DNA of 64,000 bases from Brumimicrobium sp. (GCA_023957385.1 JAMLGZ010000001.1:666923-730922); one strand, 5' to 3'. Shown: positions 28,803-40,529, numbered from the stretch's first letter. Notes: a model not told the origin generated them from the letters alone. Numbers and translations are program-made.

Positions 28803-30149
28803 TTATAATGCACGAACAGCTGTTTTAAACTGTTGGCCACGGTCTTCAAAATTTTCAAATAAATCAAAGCTTGCACAAGCGGGAGAAAGAAGGACTGTCT
28901 CTCCTTTCTTAGCTAAGCGATATCCGTATGCTACGGCTTCAGATGCGGAAAATGCCTCTACAATAACTTCAATATCATTTTGAAAAGATTCTATAATTTT
29001 ATTATTTTCTTTTCCTAAGCAAATAATGGCTTTTACCTTTTCTTTTACCAAAGGAAGAAGTTCTTCATAGTCGTTTCCTTTATCTACTCCACCTACTATC
29101 CAAACAACTGGATTTGTCATGCATTCTAATGCATACCAAGTAGAATTGATATTGGTAGCTTTTGAGTCATTGATAAATTCAATACCGTTTACTTTTGCTA
29201 CAAATTCCAAACGATGTTCTACGTTTGTAAAATCAGCTAAGCTTTCGCGTAGGCTTTCCTTACGGATTTCAAAAATTTTTCCAGCGATTCCTGCTGCAAG
29301 TGCATTCTGCACGTTGTGTTGTCCTTTCAGAGCTAAATCATGAATACTCATAGTTAATTTATTTTTTATGGTTATTGTTTGTGTTTTTGCATCATAGTAA
29401 CCTCCTTCTACTGTTTCATCTTGCATTGAAAAAGGAAGTTTATTTGCCTCAATGATATGTTGAGACAATTGTTTTCTGATTTCTTCATCATCTGCATAAT
29501 AAATGAAGGCATCATCTTTTGTTTGGTTTTGTGTAATTCTCATTTTAGCCTTACCATATTCATCCATACTATGGTTATATCTGTCTAAATGATCTGGCGT
29601 TATATTTAGGAGAATAGCTACGTTTGCATGAAATTTATACATGTCTTCCAATTGGAAAGAACTTAGTTCTATCACGAAGTAGTCAGGATTGAAATTAGTA
29701 GCTAATCTTCTAGCCAAACTTACCCCCATGTTACCTGCCATTTCAACATTGAGACCTGCCTTTTTTAGTATATGATAAGTGAGGTGAGTGGTTGTAGTTT
29801 TTCCATTGCTTCCTGTTATAGCAATTAACTTGGCTTTTGTATAACGAGCTGCAAATTCTATCTCACAGATGGGAGTTATACCAGCTTCTAAAATGGTTTT
29901 AATCAGGTTAGAGCTGTTTGGTATGCCAGGACTTTTAATAATTTCATCAGCTGCTAATACTCTCTCTAAAGTGTGTCCACCTTCTTCCCAAGCTATTTGA
30001 TGTTCGTTTAATTCTGCTTTGAATTTATCTTTAATAGGACTAGCATCACTAACGAATACAGAAAGTCCTTTGGCTTTTGCTAAAATAGCAGCTCCCACTC
30101 CGCTTTCACCGGCTCCTAAAACGACAATATTTTGATGTGTTACATTCAC
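28803..30149 (-). CDS. murD: UDP-MurNAc-L-Ala--D-Glu ligase
   Basis: GAGESG, GSNGKTTT, ELSSFQL, HLDRY, NDSKATN and SPACASFD motifs. Confidence 0.98.
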   Translation of the reverse strand: MNVTHQNIVVLGAGESGVGAAILAKAKGLSVFVSDASPIKDKFKAELNEHQIAWEEGGHTLERVLAADEIIKSPGIPNSSNLIKTILEAGITPICEIEFAARYTKAKLIAITGSNGKTTTTHLTYHILKKAGLNVEMAGNMGVSLARRLATNFNPDYFVIELSSFQLEDMYKFHANVAILLNITPDHLDRYNHSMDEYGKAKMRITQNQTKDDAFIYYADDEEIRKQLSQHIIEANKLPFSMQDETVEGGYYDAKTQTITIKNKLTMSIHDLALKGQHNVQNALAAGIAGKIFEIRKESLRESLADFTNVEHRLEFVAKVNGIEFINDSKATNINSTWYALECMTNPVVWIVGGVDKGNDYEELLPLVKEKVKAIICLGKENNKIIESFQNDIEVIVEAFSASEAVAYGYRLAKKGETVLLSPACASFDLFENFEDRGQQFKTAVRAL

Positions 30150-31394
30150 TTATCTTAACTTTAATGTTACGATGGTTATTACGGCTAGGAGAATCCCTAT
30201 AATCCAGAATCTGGCAACGATTTTTGCTTCGTGTAAGCCTTTTTTCTGATAGTGATGATGTAGAGGTGACATCAAGAAGATGCGTCTTCCTTCACCAAAT
30301 CTTTTTTTCGTATATTTAAAATAGGCTACTTGAATGATTACAGATAAATTCTCCATTAAGAAGATGCCGCACAGTACTGGAATTAATAATTCCTTCCTTA
30401 TAGCAATTGCAAATACAGCTATAATTCCGCCAATTGCCAAAGAACCAGTATCACCCATGAATACTTTTGCAGGATAGGCATTATACCATAGAAATCCGAC
30501 ACATGCTCCTACAAAAGCTGCAATATAAACTACCAATTCTTCACTATAAGGGATATACATTACATTGAGGTAACTAGCAAATGTGATATGAGAGCTTATG
30601 TATGCTAGAATAGCTAAAGCAATACCTATTATGGCTGAAGTACCGGTAGCCAAACCGTCCAGCCCATCGGTTAAATTTGCACCATTTGAAACCGCTGTAA
30701 CTATGAAAATTACTATGGGAATAAAAAGTAACCATCCCCATTTCTTCCCGTATTCGCCCAATAGCCAATTATAGTCAACTTCATTGTTCTTAATAAATGG
30801 AATGGTGGTTAGCATATCTTTTGATTCTACCCATTTGGTTGTGTGGATAATATCCTCACTATCGTTAGTAGTTACAAAATGTTCTCCTTCTAGTAGCACA
30901 TAATTAGCCTCAACTTTCTTGTGTACCTTTACGTCGGGATGAAAAAATAGTATAGAACCTACTATGATCCCAACACCAATCTGACCGATGATTTTGAATT
31001 TCCCTTGTAAACCATCTTTGTTTTTCTTAATACGTTTTAAGTAGTCATCTAAAAAACCTATAAAACCAAGCCAGATTGTTGCAATCAGCATGGTAATGAC
31101 ATAGATGTTATCTAGTTTAGCAAATAAGAGAGTAGGGATAAGTATGGAACCTAAGATAATGAGTCCACCCATTGTTGGGGTTCCTTCTTTTTCTTTTTGA
31201 CCCTCTAGTCCGAGTTCACGAATTTGTTCACCCATCTGTAATTTACGCAATAAGTTAATTAGTTTATTTCCGAAAAGGATAGAAATAATGAGTGAAGTTA
31301 TCAGCGCCATAGCTGAACGAAATGAAATGTATTGAAACACTCCCGCTCCAGGAATATCCAATTGGTCGAAGTAATTAAATAAATAGTACAGCAT
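30150..31394 (-). CDS. mraY: Phospho-MurNAc-pentapeptide translocase
   Basis: [31 protein letters not shown] and PLHHH motifs. Confidence 0.98.
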   Translation of the reverse strand: MLYYLFNYFDQLDIPGAGVFQYISFRSAMALITSLIISILFGNKLINLLRKLQMGEQIRELGLEGQKEKEGTPTMGGLIILGSILIPTLLFAKLDNIYVITMLIATIWLGFIGFLDDYLKRIKKNKDGLQGKFKIIGQIGVGIIVGSILFFHPDVKVHKKVEANYVLLEGEHFVTTNDSEDIIHTTKWVESKDMLTTIPFIKNNEVDYNWLLGEYGKKWGWLLFIPIVIFIVTAVSNGANLTDGLDGLATGTSAIIGIALAILAYISSHITFASYLNVMYIPYSEELVVYIAAFVGACVGFLWYNAYPAKVFMGDTGSLAIGGIIAVFAIAIRKELLIPVLCGIFLMENLSVIIQVAYFKYTKKRFGEGRRIFLMSPLHHHYQKKGLHEAKIVARFWIIGILLAVITIVTLKLR

Positions 31395-32857
31395 TATTTA
31401 TTCAGTTTTAATAAGGTTTCTTTTAAAATTTCTAAGTCATCAAAATCGTATTTCACACCATTGATTTCTTGGTAGGTTTCATGTCCTTTCCCTGCAACTA
31501 AGATGATATCATTTGGTTGCGCCATGCTACAGGCTACTTTGATAGCTTCAGCTCTGTCTATGATGCTTAATGTTTTATAGTAATATTCCCCCCCCACACC
31601 GGCTTTCATTTCTTCAATGATTTGAGCTGGGTCTTCACTTCTTGGGTTATCAGATGTAAGCACAACTTTATCGCTTAATTTGCAAGCTGTTGCTGCCATT
31701 ACTGGGCGTTTGGTTTTATCCCTATCTCCTCCACAGCCTACTAATGAAAATACTGTTTCATTTCCTGTACGAATATTTTGTATTGTTTTCAAAACATTTT
31801 CCAAGGCATCAGGTGTGTGAGCATAATCTACGATACCTATGATACCCGTGTTGCTTTTAAAAAACTCAAAGCGACCTTCAACAGATTTTAATTCTGAAAT
31901 TACGCGTAAGATTTCAATTGGCTCATGTAGTAACTGGTCGGCAATCGCATATACTAATAAGATGTTGTAGGCATTGAAGTCGCCGATTAACTGCGTGTAA
32001 ATCTCTGTTCCATTGATTGATAAAACGAGTCCAGAAAAACTATTTTCAACCACCTTAGCTTTGTAATCTGCTATTCCTTGTAAGCTATAATAGTATTTCT
32101 TAGCTTTCGTATTTTGAAGCATTACTTCTCCGTTTTTGTCATCTGCATTGGAAATTGCAAAAGCAGTTGCGGGTAAATGATCAAAATACATCTTTTTAGC
32201 AGTAATATATTCTTTGAATGTTTTGTGATAGTCTAAGTGCTCGGGAGTAATATTTGTAAAAGCAGCTCCAGTAAAGTGTAAACCACCAATTCTATTCTGT
32301 ACAACAGCGTGAGAACTCACTTCCATAAAGCAATACTCACATCCTGCATCTAGCATATCTGCAAAAAGTTGATTTAAACTAATAGCATCAGGGGTTGTCC
32401 TTTCTGTTGGAATAAGTATATTATTGATTCTATTCACTACGGTAGAAATTAATCCTACAGAATACCCCATTCTTCTGAATAGTTCAAATAAAAGAGTAGT
32501 GGTAGTTGTTTTTCCATTGGTGCCTGTTACGCCAATTAGTTTTAAATTTTTGGATGGATGGTCGAAGTAATTATTTGCAACAATTGATAGAGCTTTGTGT
32601 GTGTCATCTACCATAATGTATGCAATTCCTTGATGTGTCTGAGTAGGGAGTGTTTCGCAAAGAATCGCAGTTGCACCTTTTTGAATAGCACTTTCTATAA
32701 ATTGTGTTCCATCTACCTTTTCTCCTTTGATTGCAATAAATAAATCATTGTCTTCTACAGTTCTGGAGTCAAACGTAAGTTTGTTGATTTCATAGTCAAC
32801 TTTTCCAATAATCTCTTTTATTGAACAACCATATAATATGTCGCGAACATTTTTCAC
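31394..32857 (-). CDS. murE: UDP-MurNAc-tripeptide synthetase
   Basis: GTNGKTT, MEVSSH, HLDYH, DYAHTPD, DNPR and AGKGHE motifs. Confidence 0.98.
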   Translation of the reverse strand: MKNVRDILYGCSIKEIIGKVDYEINKLTFDSRTVEDNDLFIAIKGEKVDGTQFIESAIQKGATAILCETLPTQTHQGIAYIMVDDTHKALSIVANNYFDHPSKNLKLIGVTGTNGKTTTTTLLFELFRRMGYSVGLISTVVNRINNILIPTERTTPDAISLNQLFADMLDAGCEYCFMEVSSHAVVQNRIGGLHFTGAAFTNITPEHLDYHKTFKEYITAKKMYFDHLPATAFAISNADDKNGEVMLQNTKAKKYYYSLQGIADYKAKVVENSFSGLVLSINGTEIYTQLIGDFNAYNILLVYAIADQLLHEPIEILRVISELKSVEGRFEFFKSNTGIIGIVDYAHTPDALENVLKTIQNIRTGNETVFSLVGCGGDRDKTKRPVMAATACKLSDKVVLTSDNPRSEDPAQIIEEMKAGVGGEYYYKTLSIIDRAEAIKVACSMAQPNDIILVAGKGHETYQEINGVKYDFDDLEILKETLLKLNK

Positions 32858-32864
32858 TGTCTTT

Positions 32865-34961
32865 CTATTTAAGTAATAAATGAATGAGTTCTCCTGGTAC
32901 TGTTTCTTGCCCAGCCACTAATGACTGATTGATTACTCTTCCATAACCAGTTGTTTTTACAACTAACCCTTGTTTTTCTAATAAATAAATAGCATCTGTA
33001 ATACCCATTCCAACTACATTTGGAACAATTCCTTTGGTAACATTCAAGTCGGCAAATAAAATTTTATTTTCTTGAGAAACTGTTTGGATCCACTCCTCCT
33101 TACTTTGTAAATCCTTTTTAATTCTAAAATGGTTTAGAACAGTGTTGATATCATATCTACTTCCATTTTGCACGAAAGGAGTGGAAGCACGAAAACTTTG
33201 CTCATTGATTGCTTCATGGTATTTATAGCTAGAAGCATATACCTTATTTGCTATAGCCGAAAATACTGTCCCTGAAACTGAAGCGCCGTAAATATCATTT
33301 GTTGGAGCGGCAATTGAAATAATGCAAGAATAAATAGGGTCATCTGCAGGGAAATACCCCACAAATGACGCTAAATATTTTCGAGCCCCTTTTTCACCAT
33401 ATCCTTCGTTGTTGTTTGCAATCTGAGCTGTGCCAGTTTTTCCTGCAATGTTGAAAAATGCTGATTTTAGGTTGGAACCTGTTCCGTATTCTACAACACC
33501 TTCCAATGCATCTTTCATGGTGTTGATGGTTGTTTGACTGGCTATTTTGTCGATTTTTACAATAGGCTTGAATTCTTTTACAATTCCACCGTTATTAATG
33601 ACGTGTGTTACTAATTGTGGTTGCATATATTTCCCATTGTTAGCAACTGCATTGTAGAATGATAAGAGTTCCAAAGGAGTTAATCTAAACTCATATCCTA
33701 TTGCCATCCAACCTAAGGATCCACCCCACCATTCTTTTGTTCCTGGCATGGAATATAATGGCTCTACTTCTCCATTGAGATTGATGCCACTCTTTTCAGT
33801 TATTCCAAATTGTTGGAGTCGGTCTATATATTTTTGAGGATCTTCTTTATAAGCATTGTAAATTACTTTGGAAATCACATTAGAAGATACCTCAAACGCA
33901 TGCTTTAGAGTGATTTTTCCATATCCCCAGCTTCTAGAATCTGTAAGGGTCTGGTCATAGAATTTATAATGACCTACTGCATTTACGGTGTCTGTTAATT
34001 TTACTTTCCCATCCTCTAATGCCGCCATTAAAGCAGCAAGTTTCATAGTTGAACCAGGCACCTCACGAGTTCCTAAAGCATGATTGTATAGTTCTTTATA
34101 CACCCCTTCTTCTACCTCTTGAAGATTAACCATTGCTTTGATGAATCCGGTTTTTACCTCCATCACTACAGCGCATCCATATTTTCCTCCTTTAGTTTTA
34201 AGTTGATTTTCTAGTTCGGTATGTGCAACTTCTTGGATATCCTTATCAATAGAGGTAACTAAATCATACCCATTGATTGCTTCTCTAACTATATTGCTTG
34301 TTGGTTTCCAAGAATTTCCAATTCTTTGTTCCAAACGGATACCTTCTTGTCCTGCTAGATAGTTGTTATATGTCCCTTCAATACCAACGTATAAAGAATC
34401 CTTTCCATTGTCTTTGATATATCCAATGGTACGAGCTAGTAGTTCTTCATTCGGGCGTTTTCTAACAGTGATTACTCCACTATCTATCAAACCACCTTTA
34501 TATCTTCCTTTGTTGTAAATTGGGAGGTTTCTAACTTTTTCACGTGTTTCATGCGTAACCCGTTTATGGATAAGTACATATCTTCTTCCTTTTTTGCGTG
34601 CTTCGCGTAAATATTCTTCATATTCCCGGGCTGATTTTTCTGGAAATAATTGAGCAAGCCCTATACATAAATCTCCAATTTCTTCTTGCCATAAATCTTC
34701 TTTTACAGCTATAGGGTCCATGTAGATATCGTAAAAGGAGACGGAAGTAACTAAAGGGCTTAGCTTGTTATCTAAAATTTCTCCACGACGTGCTGGAATT
34801 GGAGCAGGACGTTGTTCTAAATTGCTATTAGCTAAGGTGAAAACACGTTCTCTTCCGTCCATAATGATAATCACTGTCTTAGTTAAGACAATAATCATTG
34901 CTATTACCACTAGTGAGTATAGAAGATAGGTACGTAATATGATCGCCTTATTGTTCTTCAC
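32865..34961 (-). CDS. ftsI: Class B penicillin-binding protein FtsI with C-terminal PASTA domain
   Basis: PGSTMK (SxxK), SSN and GKTGT motifs, PASTA segment VPNVVGM. Confidence 0.95.
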   Translation of the reverse strand: MKNNKAIILRTYLLYSLVVIAMIIVLTKTVIIIMDGRERVFTLANSNLEQRPAPIPARRGEILDNKLSPLVTSVSFYDIYMDPIAVKEDLWQEEIGDLCIGLAQLFPEKSAREYEEYLREARKKGRRYVLIHKRVTHETREKVRNLPIYNKGRYKGGLIDSGVITVRKRPNEELLARTIGYIKDNGKDSLYVGIEGTYNNYLAGQEGIRLEQRIGNSWKPTSNIVREAINGYDLVTSIDKDIQEVAHTELENQLKTKGGKYGCAVVMEVKTGFIKAMVNLQEVEEGVYKELYNHALGTREVPGSTMKLAALMAALEDGKVKLTDTVNAVGHYKFYDQTLTDSRSWGYGKITLKHAFEVSSNVISKVIYNAYKEDPQKYIDRLQQFGITEKSGINLNGEVEPLYSMPGTKEWWGGSLGWMAIGYEFRLTPLELLSFYNAVANNGKYMQPQLVTHVINNGGIVKEFKPIVKIDKIASQTTINTMKDALEGVVEYGTGSNLKSAFFNIAGKTGTAQIANNNEGYGEKGARKYLASFVGYFPADDPIYSCIISIAAPTNDIYGASVSGTVFSAIANKVYASSYKYHEAINEQSFRASTPFVQNGSRYDINTVLNHFRIKKDLQSKEEWIQTVSQENKILFADLNVTKGIVPNVVGMGITDAIYLLEKQGLVVKTTGYGRVINQSLVAGQETVPGELIHLLLK

Positions 34962-34966
34962 GTGTG

Positions 34967-35374
34967 TTATCCTTTTTTCTTTTCTTTAATTCGTATTACT
35001 TTAACAGGGTTTACAGTTTCCTTTAATTCGAGTGGTTCGAGACGTTTAATCATTTCGGAGCGACGTGTCATTTCTTCTAATTTTGCCTTAGTTTCCACGT
35101 AATCAGCATTAATATTCCTCAGGTTTTTCTCAGTGTCACTGATGTCGTTAGTTAATTGTGTTACATAATACCCTTTGGATACGATAAGCACCATTAAAAA
35201 AATCAAGAAGAAGATATAGTTCAAGTTATTGAGTACAAAGTCCTTTGTTAAGAAATCTCCATTCATGATTTGAGCAATAGAATCTGTACGTTTCTTGCTT
35301 TCTTTTGAAGGCTTACGCTTTTTATCCTTTTTTATAGGATTTGCATTCTCTGGTATGTAGTTATTATCCTTCAT
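34967..35374 (-). CDS. ftsL: FtsL-like cell division protein
   Basis: Single TM helix plus coiled coil, lying between rsmH and ftsI. Confidence 0.8.
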   Translation of the reverse strand: MKDNNYIPENANPIKKDKKRKPSKESKKRTDSIAQIMNGDFLTKDFVLNNLNYIFFLIFLMVLIVSKGYYVTQLTNDISDTEKNLRNINADYVETKAKLEEMTRRSEMIKRLEPLELKETVNPVKVIRIKEKKKG

Positions 35375-36290
35375 TTCTAGTGGCTATCCTTAATTTAGCA
35401 CTTCGTGCGCGTGGATTCTGTTCAATTTCTAGGTCTGATGGAATAATTGGTTTTCGATTTAACTCGGTAAAAGGCTTTAGTACATTTCCATAAAAGTCCT
35501 TTTCAATTTCTCCATCAAAACTTCCTCGTTTCATGAAGTTTTTTACTAACCTATCTTCCAATGAGTGATAGGACATAATTACCAGTCTTCCATTCGGACG
35601 GAGCATTTCTGCTGTTTGCTCTAACATCTTTTCTAGCACTATTAATTCATCGTTCACTTCAATACGAATAGCTTGGAAAATTTGTGCTAAGAATTTGTTT
35701 TCTTGGTTGCGTGGGGCAAACGATTTAAGTAATTCTACTAATTCCCCGGTTGTTGAAATTGGATTAGCTTGTCTATTTAAGCAAATGATTTGTGCGATTT
35801 TACGTGGGTTTTGAACTTCTCCGTATTTCGCAAAAATCTTAAGTAAATCAGCCTCGTCATATTCATTAATCACCTGAAAAGCAGATTTTTCTTGGCGTTG
35901 ATTCATACGCATATCCAAATGTTCATTGGAACGTATGCTAAAACCTCTTTCAGGTTGGTTAAATTGATAAGATGAAACACCCAAATCTCCTAAGATTCCG
36001 TCAACATATTTAATTCCTAAAAGGCGCAGTTGATTCTTTAAGTATGAAAAATTAGAAGCAATAAAATGAAAATTTGGAGCTGTCCAAGCATTTTTAGCAG
36101 CGTCTCCATCTTGATCAAATACGATGAGTTTTCCCTTTTCTGAAAGTTTTTCAAAAATAGCACGAGAATGTCCGCCACCACCAAAGGTAACATCTACATA
36201 TATACCATCAGGACTAATGTTTAGTCCTTCCAAGCATTCTTGGAGCATTACAGGGGTGTGGTATGTGTATTTATCTTGGCTCGTCTCCAT
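35364..36290 (-). CDS. rsmH: 16S rRNA m4C1402 methyltransferase
   Basis: YHTPVM, DVTFGGGGHS, DLGVSS, RIEVNDEL and NPRARSAKLR motifs. Confidence 0.98.
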   Translation of the reverse strand: METSQDKYTYHTPVMLQECLEGLNISPDGIYVDVTFGGGGHSRAIFEKLSEKGKLIVFDQDGDAAKNAWTAPNFHFIASNFSYLKNQLRLLGIKYVDGILGDLGVSSYQFNQPERGFSIRSNEHLDMRMNQRQEKSAFQVINEYDEADLLKIFAKYGEVQNPRKIAQIICLNRQANPISTTGELVELLKSFAPRNQENKFLAQIFQAIRIEVNDELIVLEKMLEQTAEMLRPNGRLVIMSYHSLEDRLVKNFMKRGSFDGEIEKDFYGNVLKPFTELNRKPIIPSDLEIEQNPRARSAKLRIATRNEG

Positions 36291-36738
36291 TGTCTATTTT
36301 ACCCATTACTTCATCCGCTAAATCGGAAAAATCAGACATGTTTCCTTCGATCATATTGAAGTATTTGGACTTATCCCAGATTTCTACTCGGTCATTGTAA
36401 GCAATTAGCATTGCTTCTTTTTTTAGACCAATACGTTCCATGTGAGTTGAAGGAATCAGAATTCTGCCGGCACTATCTAGAGAGATATCTTTTGCACCTT
36501 GATGAAATAAACGGTAGAACATACGATTCTTAGGTTTGAATAAATTAATCTTACTGAGTGCTTCACTCAATTTTTCCCATTCATTCATAGGATAGAGTGT
36601 TAAACAGTCTTCAAACCCTTTGTTCAACATGAAACTTTCTTGGGCAGCAGGAGATAATTGCCTTCTCAAATGAGAAGGGAACATGAAACGCCCTTTTGCG
36701 TCTAGTGTTACTTCATATTCTCCTACAAGTCCTGCCAT
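36271..36738 (-). CDS. mraZ: Transcriptional regulator MraZ
   Basis: GEYEVTLDAKGR and LDSAGRILIP SpoVT-AbrB repeats. First gene of the dcw cluster. Confidence 0.97.
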   Translation of the reverse strand: MAGLVGEYEVTLDAKGRFMFPSHLRRQLSPAAQESFMLNKGFEDCLTLYPMNEWEKLSEALSKINLFKPKNRMFYRLFHQGAKDISLDSAGRILIPSTHMERIGLKKEAMLIAYNDRVEIWDKSKYFNMIEGNMSDFSDLADEVMGKIDNGDEPR

Positions 36739-36770
36739 GTCTTAAATAATGTGTAAAATTAATGGATTTT

Positions 36771-36906
36771 TACCACTTTTTACCACTTTTTGTGAACTGT
36801 TGAAAACTTATAACGTAAATAGATCTAAAAAAGTTACATTATTTTTTAAGAAATGACGGTATATCAATAGATTTGATTGTTTTTATAGTGGTGGTAAAAA
36901 GTGGGA
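36771..36906. promoter_or_regulatory. MraZ-type operator boxes upstream of mraZ
   Basis: The minus strand has AAAAGTGGTA twice (36771-36790) and the plus strand has GTGGTAAAAA-GTGGGA (36891-36906). The 10-bp-spaced GTGG cores resemble known MraZ boxes. Confidence 0.75.
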
Positions 36907-37103
36907 ATATTTCTAAATTGTTGATAATATGAAAAGATAATATATTGAGAAATCATTTTCCAATACTATATAATAAATATGTGTTATTCTGCCTATATAG
37001 GGGATTGAGAATACTATTTAATAGGGCTTTTTCTCCTAATAAATTATCTTCTACATGTTAGGGATTTCTTTCTAATGAAATTCATAAGAAGTATAAGGGC
37101 AAT

Positions 37104-39269
37104 CTACTTGTATTTATAACAGATGATTGATTGTGCTATCTTAGAAAATATATATACCTGCTTTTTATCTTTGTCTGTCTCTGCTACAACTAATTCTCTT
37201 CCTTCTTTTGGGAAATCAGTTACCTCTTCTCCTAGAGAGGAATACGCATGTATCTTATTCTGTAAATTATCTAATACCACACATTCTTTGCGATTTTTTA
37301 GATAAACAAAACTGCCCACTTCATTGAAAGGAACTGTTTTAGTGTATAGTAAACTTTGATCATGGGTAAAGACTGAGAAATTATTTGATTTTACAATTAC
37401 AATATAATCGTTTGTTACGGTAAATATTTTTCCTTTCTCAATAGGAATTGGATTACTTCCTTTCAGTCCATTTACATCCGATTTTTGACAATATACTTCT
37501 CCTTCTTTTTCAAAATAATTTACTACTTTTCCATTGTATTTCACAGCACTTTCTGAATCGACGCTACCGAGTTCTACAGGTTTTCCTGGTTTCTCAAGAA
37601 ATCCTAAATATTCCTTATGCTCCTTATTCACCACCCATGCTGTTAATTTCCCTTTGATATTTAGGGCATAAGGAGTTTGTATGACAGAACTATTTCCAAC
37701 CTTAATAATAGTTAATTCTTGTCCAGCGCTATTCAACATTATAACCTCTCCTTTTTCGGTTCCGACAAGGAAGCGTTTTGTACCATTCCAAACAAAATCA
37801 CTAATGCTGGTAGTTAATTCATTATCTGATAAATATGGAAAGCCTCCTACTTCTTTCCCATTTAAGTCAATGAGATGTACTCGTTTCTTGGTTCTAAATA
37901 AAAATTGGTGCTTATTGTTGTCAAACACATCAATTACACGCACTTCTCCTTGAATAGCACCATCTGCATCGCCTCGCCATAATGATTTTCCATTGGAAGA
38001 AACTAGCTCATATTTTCCATCTTCACTATAACTCAATACAGAGATTCCACCGCGTAAATGGTCGTATATAGGCACCAATTCAAACACAGTATGGTTAACA
38101 GATGCTGACCAAGAGGTTTTGTCTTCCTTTACCAATTGTTCGCCTGGAGGTTCTGTACTAACTTCAAATAGGAGATGATTTTTCCATGTGATACTTCGCT
38201 TTTGATTATTAGAAACAAAGCGGTGATTGGTAAAAGAAGGAAGCCCTCCAAAAAAATAATTCATCTTTTCAGGATTTAAGGCTAGTGTTTTTCCTAATTG
38301 ATAATCAACTAATAGTTTTTGTGTAATAGACTTAGATTCTGTGATAATAACTTTGTCTTCTATTTCTGTAATATAGATTCGTTTGTTTTTTTGAGAAGGG
38401 AAATCGTTAGTTAATTGGAATCCAGAGAAAGAATATATTTCATCAGAAATATTGACAGAATCTTCTTGCTTAGATTGTTCTATAAGAATTAAACGTGGTG
38501 TTTGTTGTGATCGGTAATCGGATATAATAACAGAGGCGCCCTCATATTCGAGTACAACAAAACCTTTATCCACCCAATCATTCATTGGGCCAATTTCAAA
38601 GATACTATCTGTTTTTTCAGCATAGAATCGTTCATGAAAAGAATAATTATCTGCCGTATATGGAATGACACTTGCAAAAAGAGGAATGTCCTGAATGGCT
38701 TCTCCATATATAGCAGTAGGGTTGCTAGAGCGGTATTCGAAATAGCCATTATTGAGATTGTACATGTCAGTGCGACTCCATTGATTCTGATTGTATTTCC
38801 AAAAATTGGCAGAAGCTTTTTTATCTGCTTCCCGCAGTTGAGTTAATAAATTATGATTACAAGCAGTATAGTCTTTTGAGAACATCAAATAAGGTCCCTC
38901 GTGTCTGCTCTCCACGCCTGTTAATTTAAATTGAGAATAAATGAGGTCAATTTCCTCCTTTTTCCACGAGTTTTCTTTTTCGAAGATGATAATCGCTCTT
39001 TGTTGAGAAGCATATATTCTAAGATGAGGTATTTTGATAGAGTCTAGATTCTCCAATGAATTAGCTAATGGGTTGCTAGCTACTACTTTAAGATAATCAG
39101 AATTTTTAGTTTCGTTATAATTGTTGATGAGCAAAACACCTTGATCTTGCTCGCAAAAAACGTATTGAGGGTTTACTTGACTGTCATTATTTATCCATAA
39201 TTGGTAACTGGAATATGCAATCCAGATTACAGCAACAGAGACTAAGCCAATGAGTACAATACGTTTCAT
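37104..39269 (-). CDS. Membrane-anchored hypothetical protein, DUF3352-like, with a probable C-terminal beta-propeller
   Basis: 721 aa with an N-terminal TM. Repeats IDVFDNNK..FLF, HLIDLNG...GFP and DNLQN...Y...G...FP. The family assignment is from recognition only. Confidence 0.6.
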   Translation of the reverse strand: MKRIVLIGLVSVAVIWIAYSSYQLWINNDSQVNPQYVFCEQDQGVLLINNYNETKNSDYLKVVASNPLANSLENLDSIKIPHLRIYASQQRAIIIFEKENSWKKEEIDLIYSQFKLTGVESRHEGPYLMFSKDYTACNHNLLTQLREADKKASANFWKYNQNQWSRTDMYNLNNGYFEYRSSNPTAIYGEAIQDIPLFASVIPYTADNYSFHERFYAEKTDSIFEIGPMNDWVDKGFVVLEYEGASVIISDYRSQQTPRLILIEQSKQEDSVNISDEIYSFSGFQLTNDFPSQKNKRIYITEIEDKVIITESKSITQKLLVDYQLGKTLALNPEKMNYFFGGLPSFTNHRFVSNNQKRSITWKNHLLFEVSTEPPGEQLVKEDKTSWSASVNHTVFELVPIYDHLRGGISVLSYSEDGKYELVSSNGKSLWRGDADGAIQGEVRVIDVFDNNKHQFLFRTKKRVHLIDLNGKEVGGFPYLSDNELTTSISDFVWNGTKRFLVGTEKGEVIMLNSAGQELTIIKVGNSSVIQTPYALNIKGKLTAWVVNKEHKEYLGFLEKPGKPVELGSVDSESAVKYNGKVVNYFEKEGEVYCQKSDVNGLKGSNPIPIEKGKIFTVTNDYIVIVKSNNFSVFTHDQSLLYTKTVPFNEVGSFVYLKNRKECVVLDNLQNKIHAYSSLGEEVTDFPKEGRELVVAETDKDKKQVYIFSKIAQSIICYKYK

Positions 39270-39398
39270 CTACTATTTTTTATCAAAATTACTGTTTTCT
39301 AATATGTGTCAGAATGCAGAATTAAAATTTTATTAACGAATGATTGTTGGACGATTGATGGATATAATTTGCATCTTATAGCTCAAATATTCTTAAAG

Positions 39399-39995
39399 TC
39401 AGAATAAAGTTCCTTGATTATCTAGTAGTCTAAATGACAAACGATGGTGAGCGGTAGCACCCATTTCTTTAAGCATCTCCCTATGAAATTTTGTAGGATA
39501 TCCTTTATTTTTTTTCCAATTAAAATCTGGAAATTCTTGATGCAAATCCTCCATAATATGATCACGAGTTACTTTGGCTAAAACGGAGGCTGCTGCTATA
39601 CTCAGATAATTTGCGTCCCCTTTTATTAAGCACTGATGTTCAATATTAGGGTATGCTTTGAATCTGTTACCATCAATTAGTAGTAATTCGGGTTTAGTTT
39701 TTAATTGGTCAATTGCTTTATGCATCGCTAAGAAACTTGCATTTAAGATGTTGATTTTGTCTATTTCAGCAGGACTTACTTCTGCAATCCCGTAGGCTAA
39801 TGCAGTTTCTTTAATAATAGGAAATAACCTCTCACGTTGTTTTTCAGTTAACTGTTTTGAGTCGTTTAATTCTTCAATATAACAATCTGAAGGTAAGATT
39901 ACTGCTGCGGCAACTACAGGACCGGCAAGACAGCCTCTTCCAGCTTCATCACATCCCGCCTCTATTTTCTCTTTATTAAAGTAATTTTTAAGCAT
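39399..39995 (-). CDS. rnhB: Ribonuclease HII
   Basis: GCDEAGRG-x-LAGPV, LNDSKQL, IDGN, KGD...SIAAAS and HRLSF motifs. Confidence 0.97.
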   Translation of the reverse strand: MLKNYFNKEKIEAGCDEAGRGCLAGPVVAAAVILPSDCYIEELNDSKQLTEKQRERLFPIIKETALAYGIAEVSPAEIDKINILNASFLAMHKAIDQLKTKPELLLIDGNRFKAYPNIEHQCLIKGDANYLSIAAASVLAKVTRDHIMEDLHQEFPDFNWKKNKGYPTKFHREMLKEMGATAHHRLSFRLLDNQGTLF

Positions 39996-40150
39996 TTAGC
40001 ATAAAATTTTAAATTCAAAAGCAACTATTCTGGCACAAATATTGTCTTTATAATATAAATTTTTTAAGATTAAATTTTGTAGAAAGATAAATTATTTAGA
40101 TATTTAGCTTTTATAACTGCAAAGTTATTATTTTTATAAAAACTAAAATT

Positions 40151-40513
40151 ATGAAAAAATTATTGACACTTATCGTTTTGGTTGTCTTTACAATGTTTGG
40201 TTATGCTCAAACAGCAAAAGTGGGGGGAACTGAAGAGTCTATTAAAAACATGATTGGTAAAAATTATGTTGAATTTGTTTTTCCAGATGAGATAACACAA
40301 GAGACGATTGAAAAATCAGGAAAATATTACACTGAGTATTTTACAGTGGAATACAATAAACCAAGCAAGATTGTGAAAGTATCTTTGATTGAAAATACAG
40401 ATATGGCGCGAAGAGTAATCACTCGTTTCCTTTTATCTTGTGGTGTTAGAACAGTTGAGTTTACTGGTAAAGAGTTTACTATCATGGAATTTTATGATAG
40501 CTATTTAAAATAG
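40151..40513 (+). CDS. Small exported hypothetical protein
   Basis: 120 aa with a Sec signal ending GYA/Q, an A-rich start context and its own terminator. Confidence 0.75.
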   Translation: MKKLLTLIVLVVFTMFGYAQTAKVGGTEESIKNMIGKNYVEFVFPDEITQETIEKSGKYYTEYFTVEYNKPSKIVKVSLIENTDMARRVITRFLLSCGVRTVEFTGKEFTIMEFYDSYLK

Positions 40514-40529
40514 TAATTACGAGAACATC

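Noticed and set aside
36271-36290. 20-bp overlap of mraZ and rsmH
   Set aside because: Short overlaps are common in dcw operons, and both proteins look intact.
21322-36738. Absence of murF, ddl and lpxC from the dcw cluster
   Set aside because: This gene order is the usual Bacteroidota arrangement.
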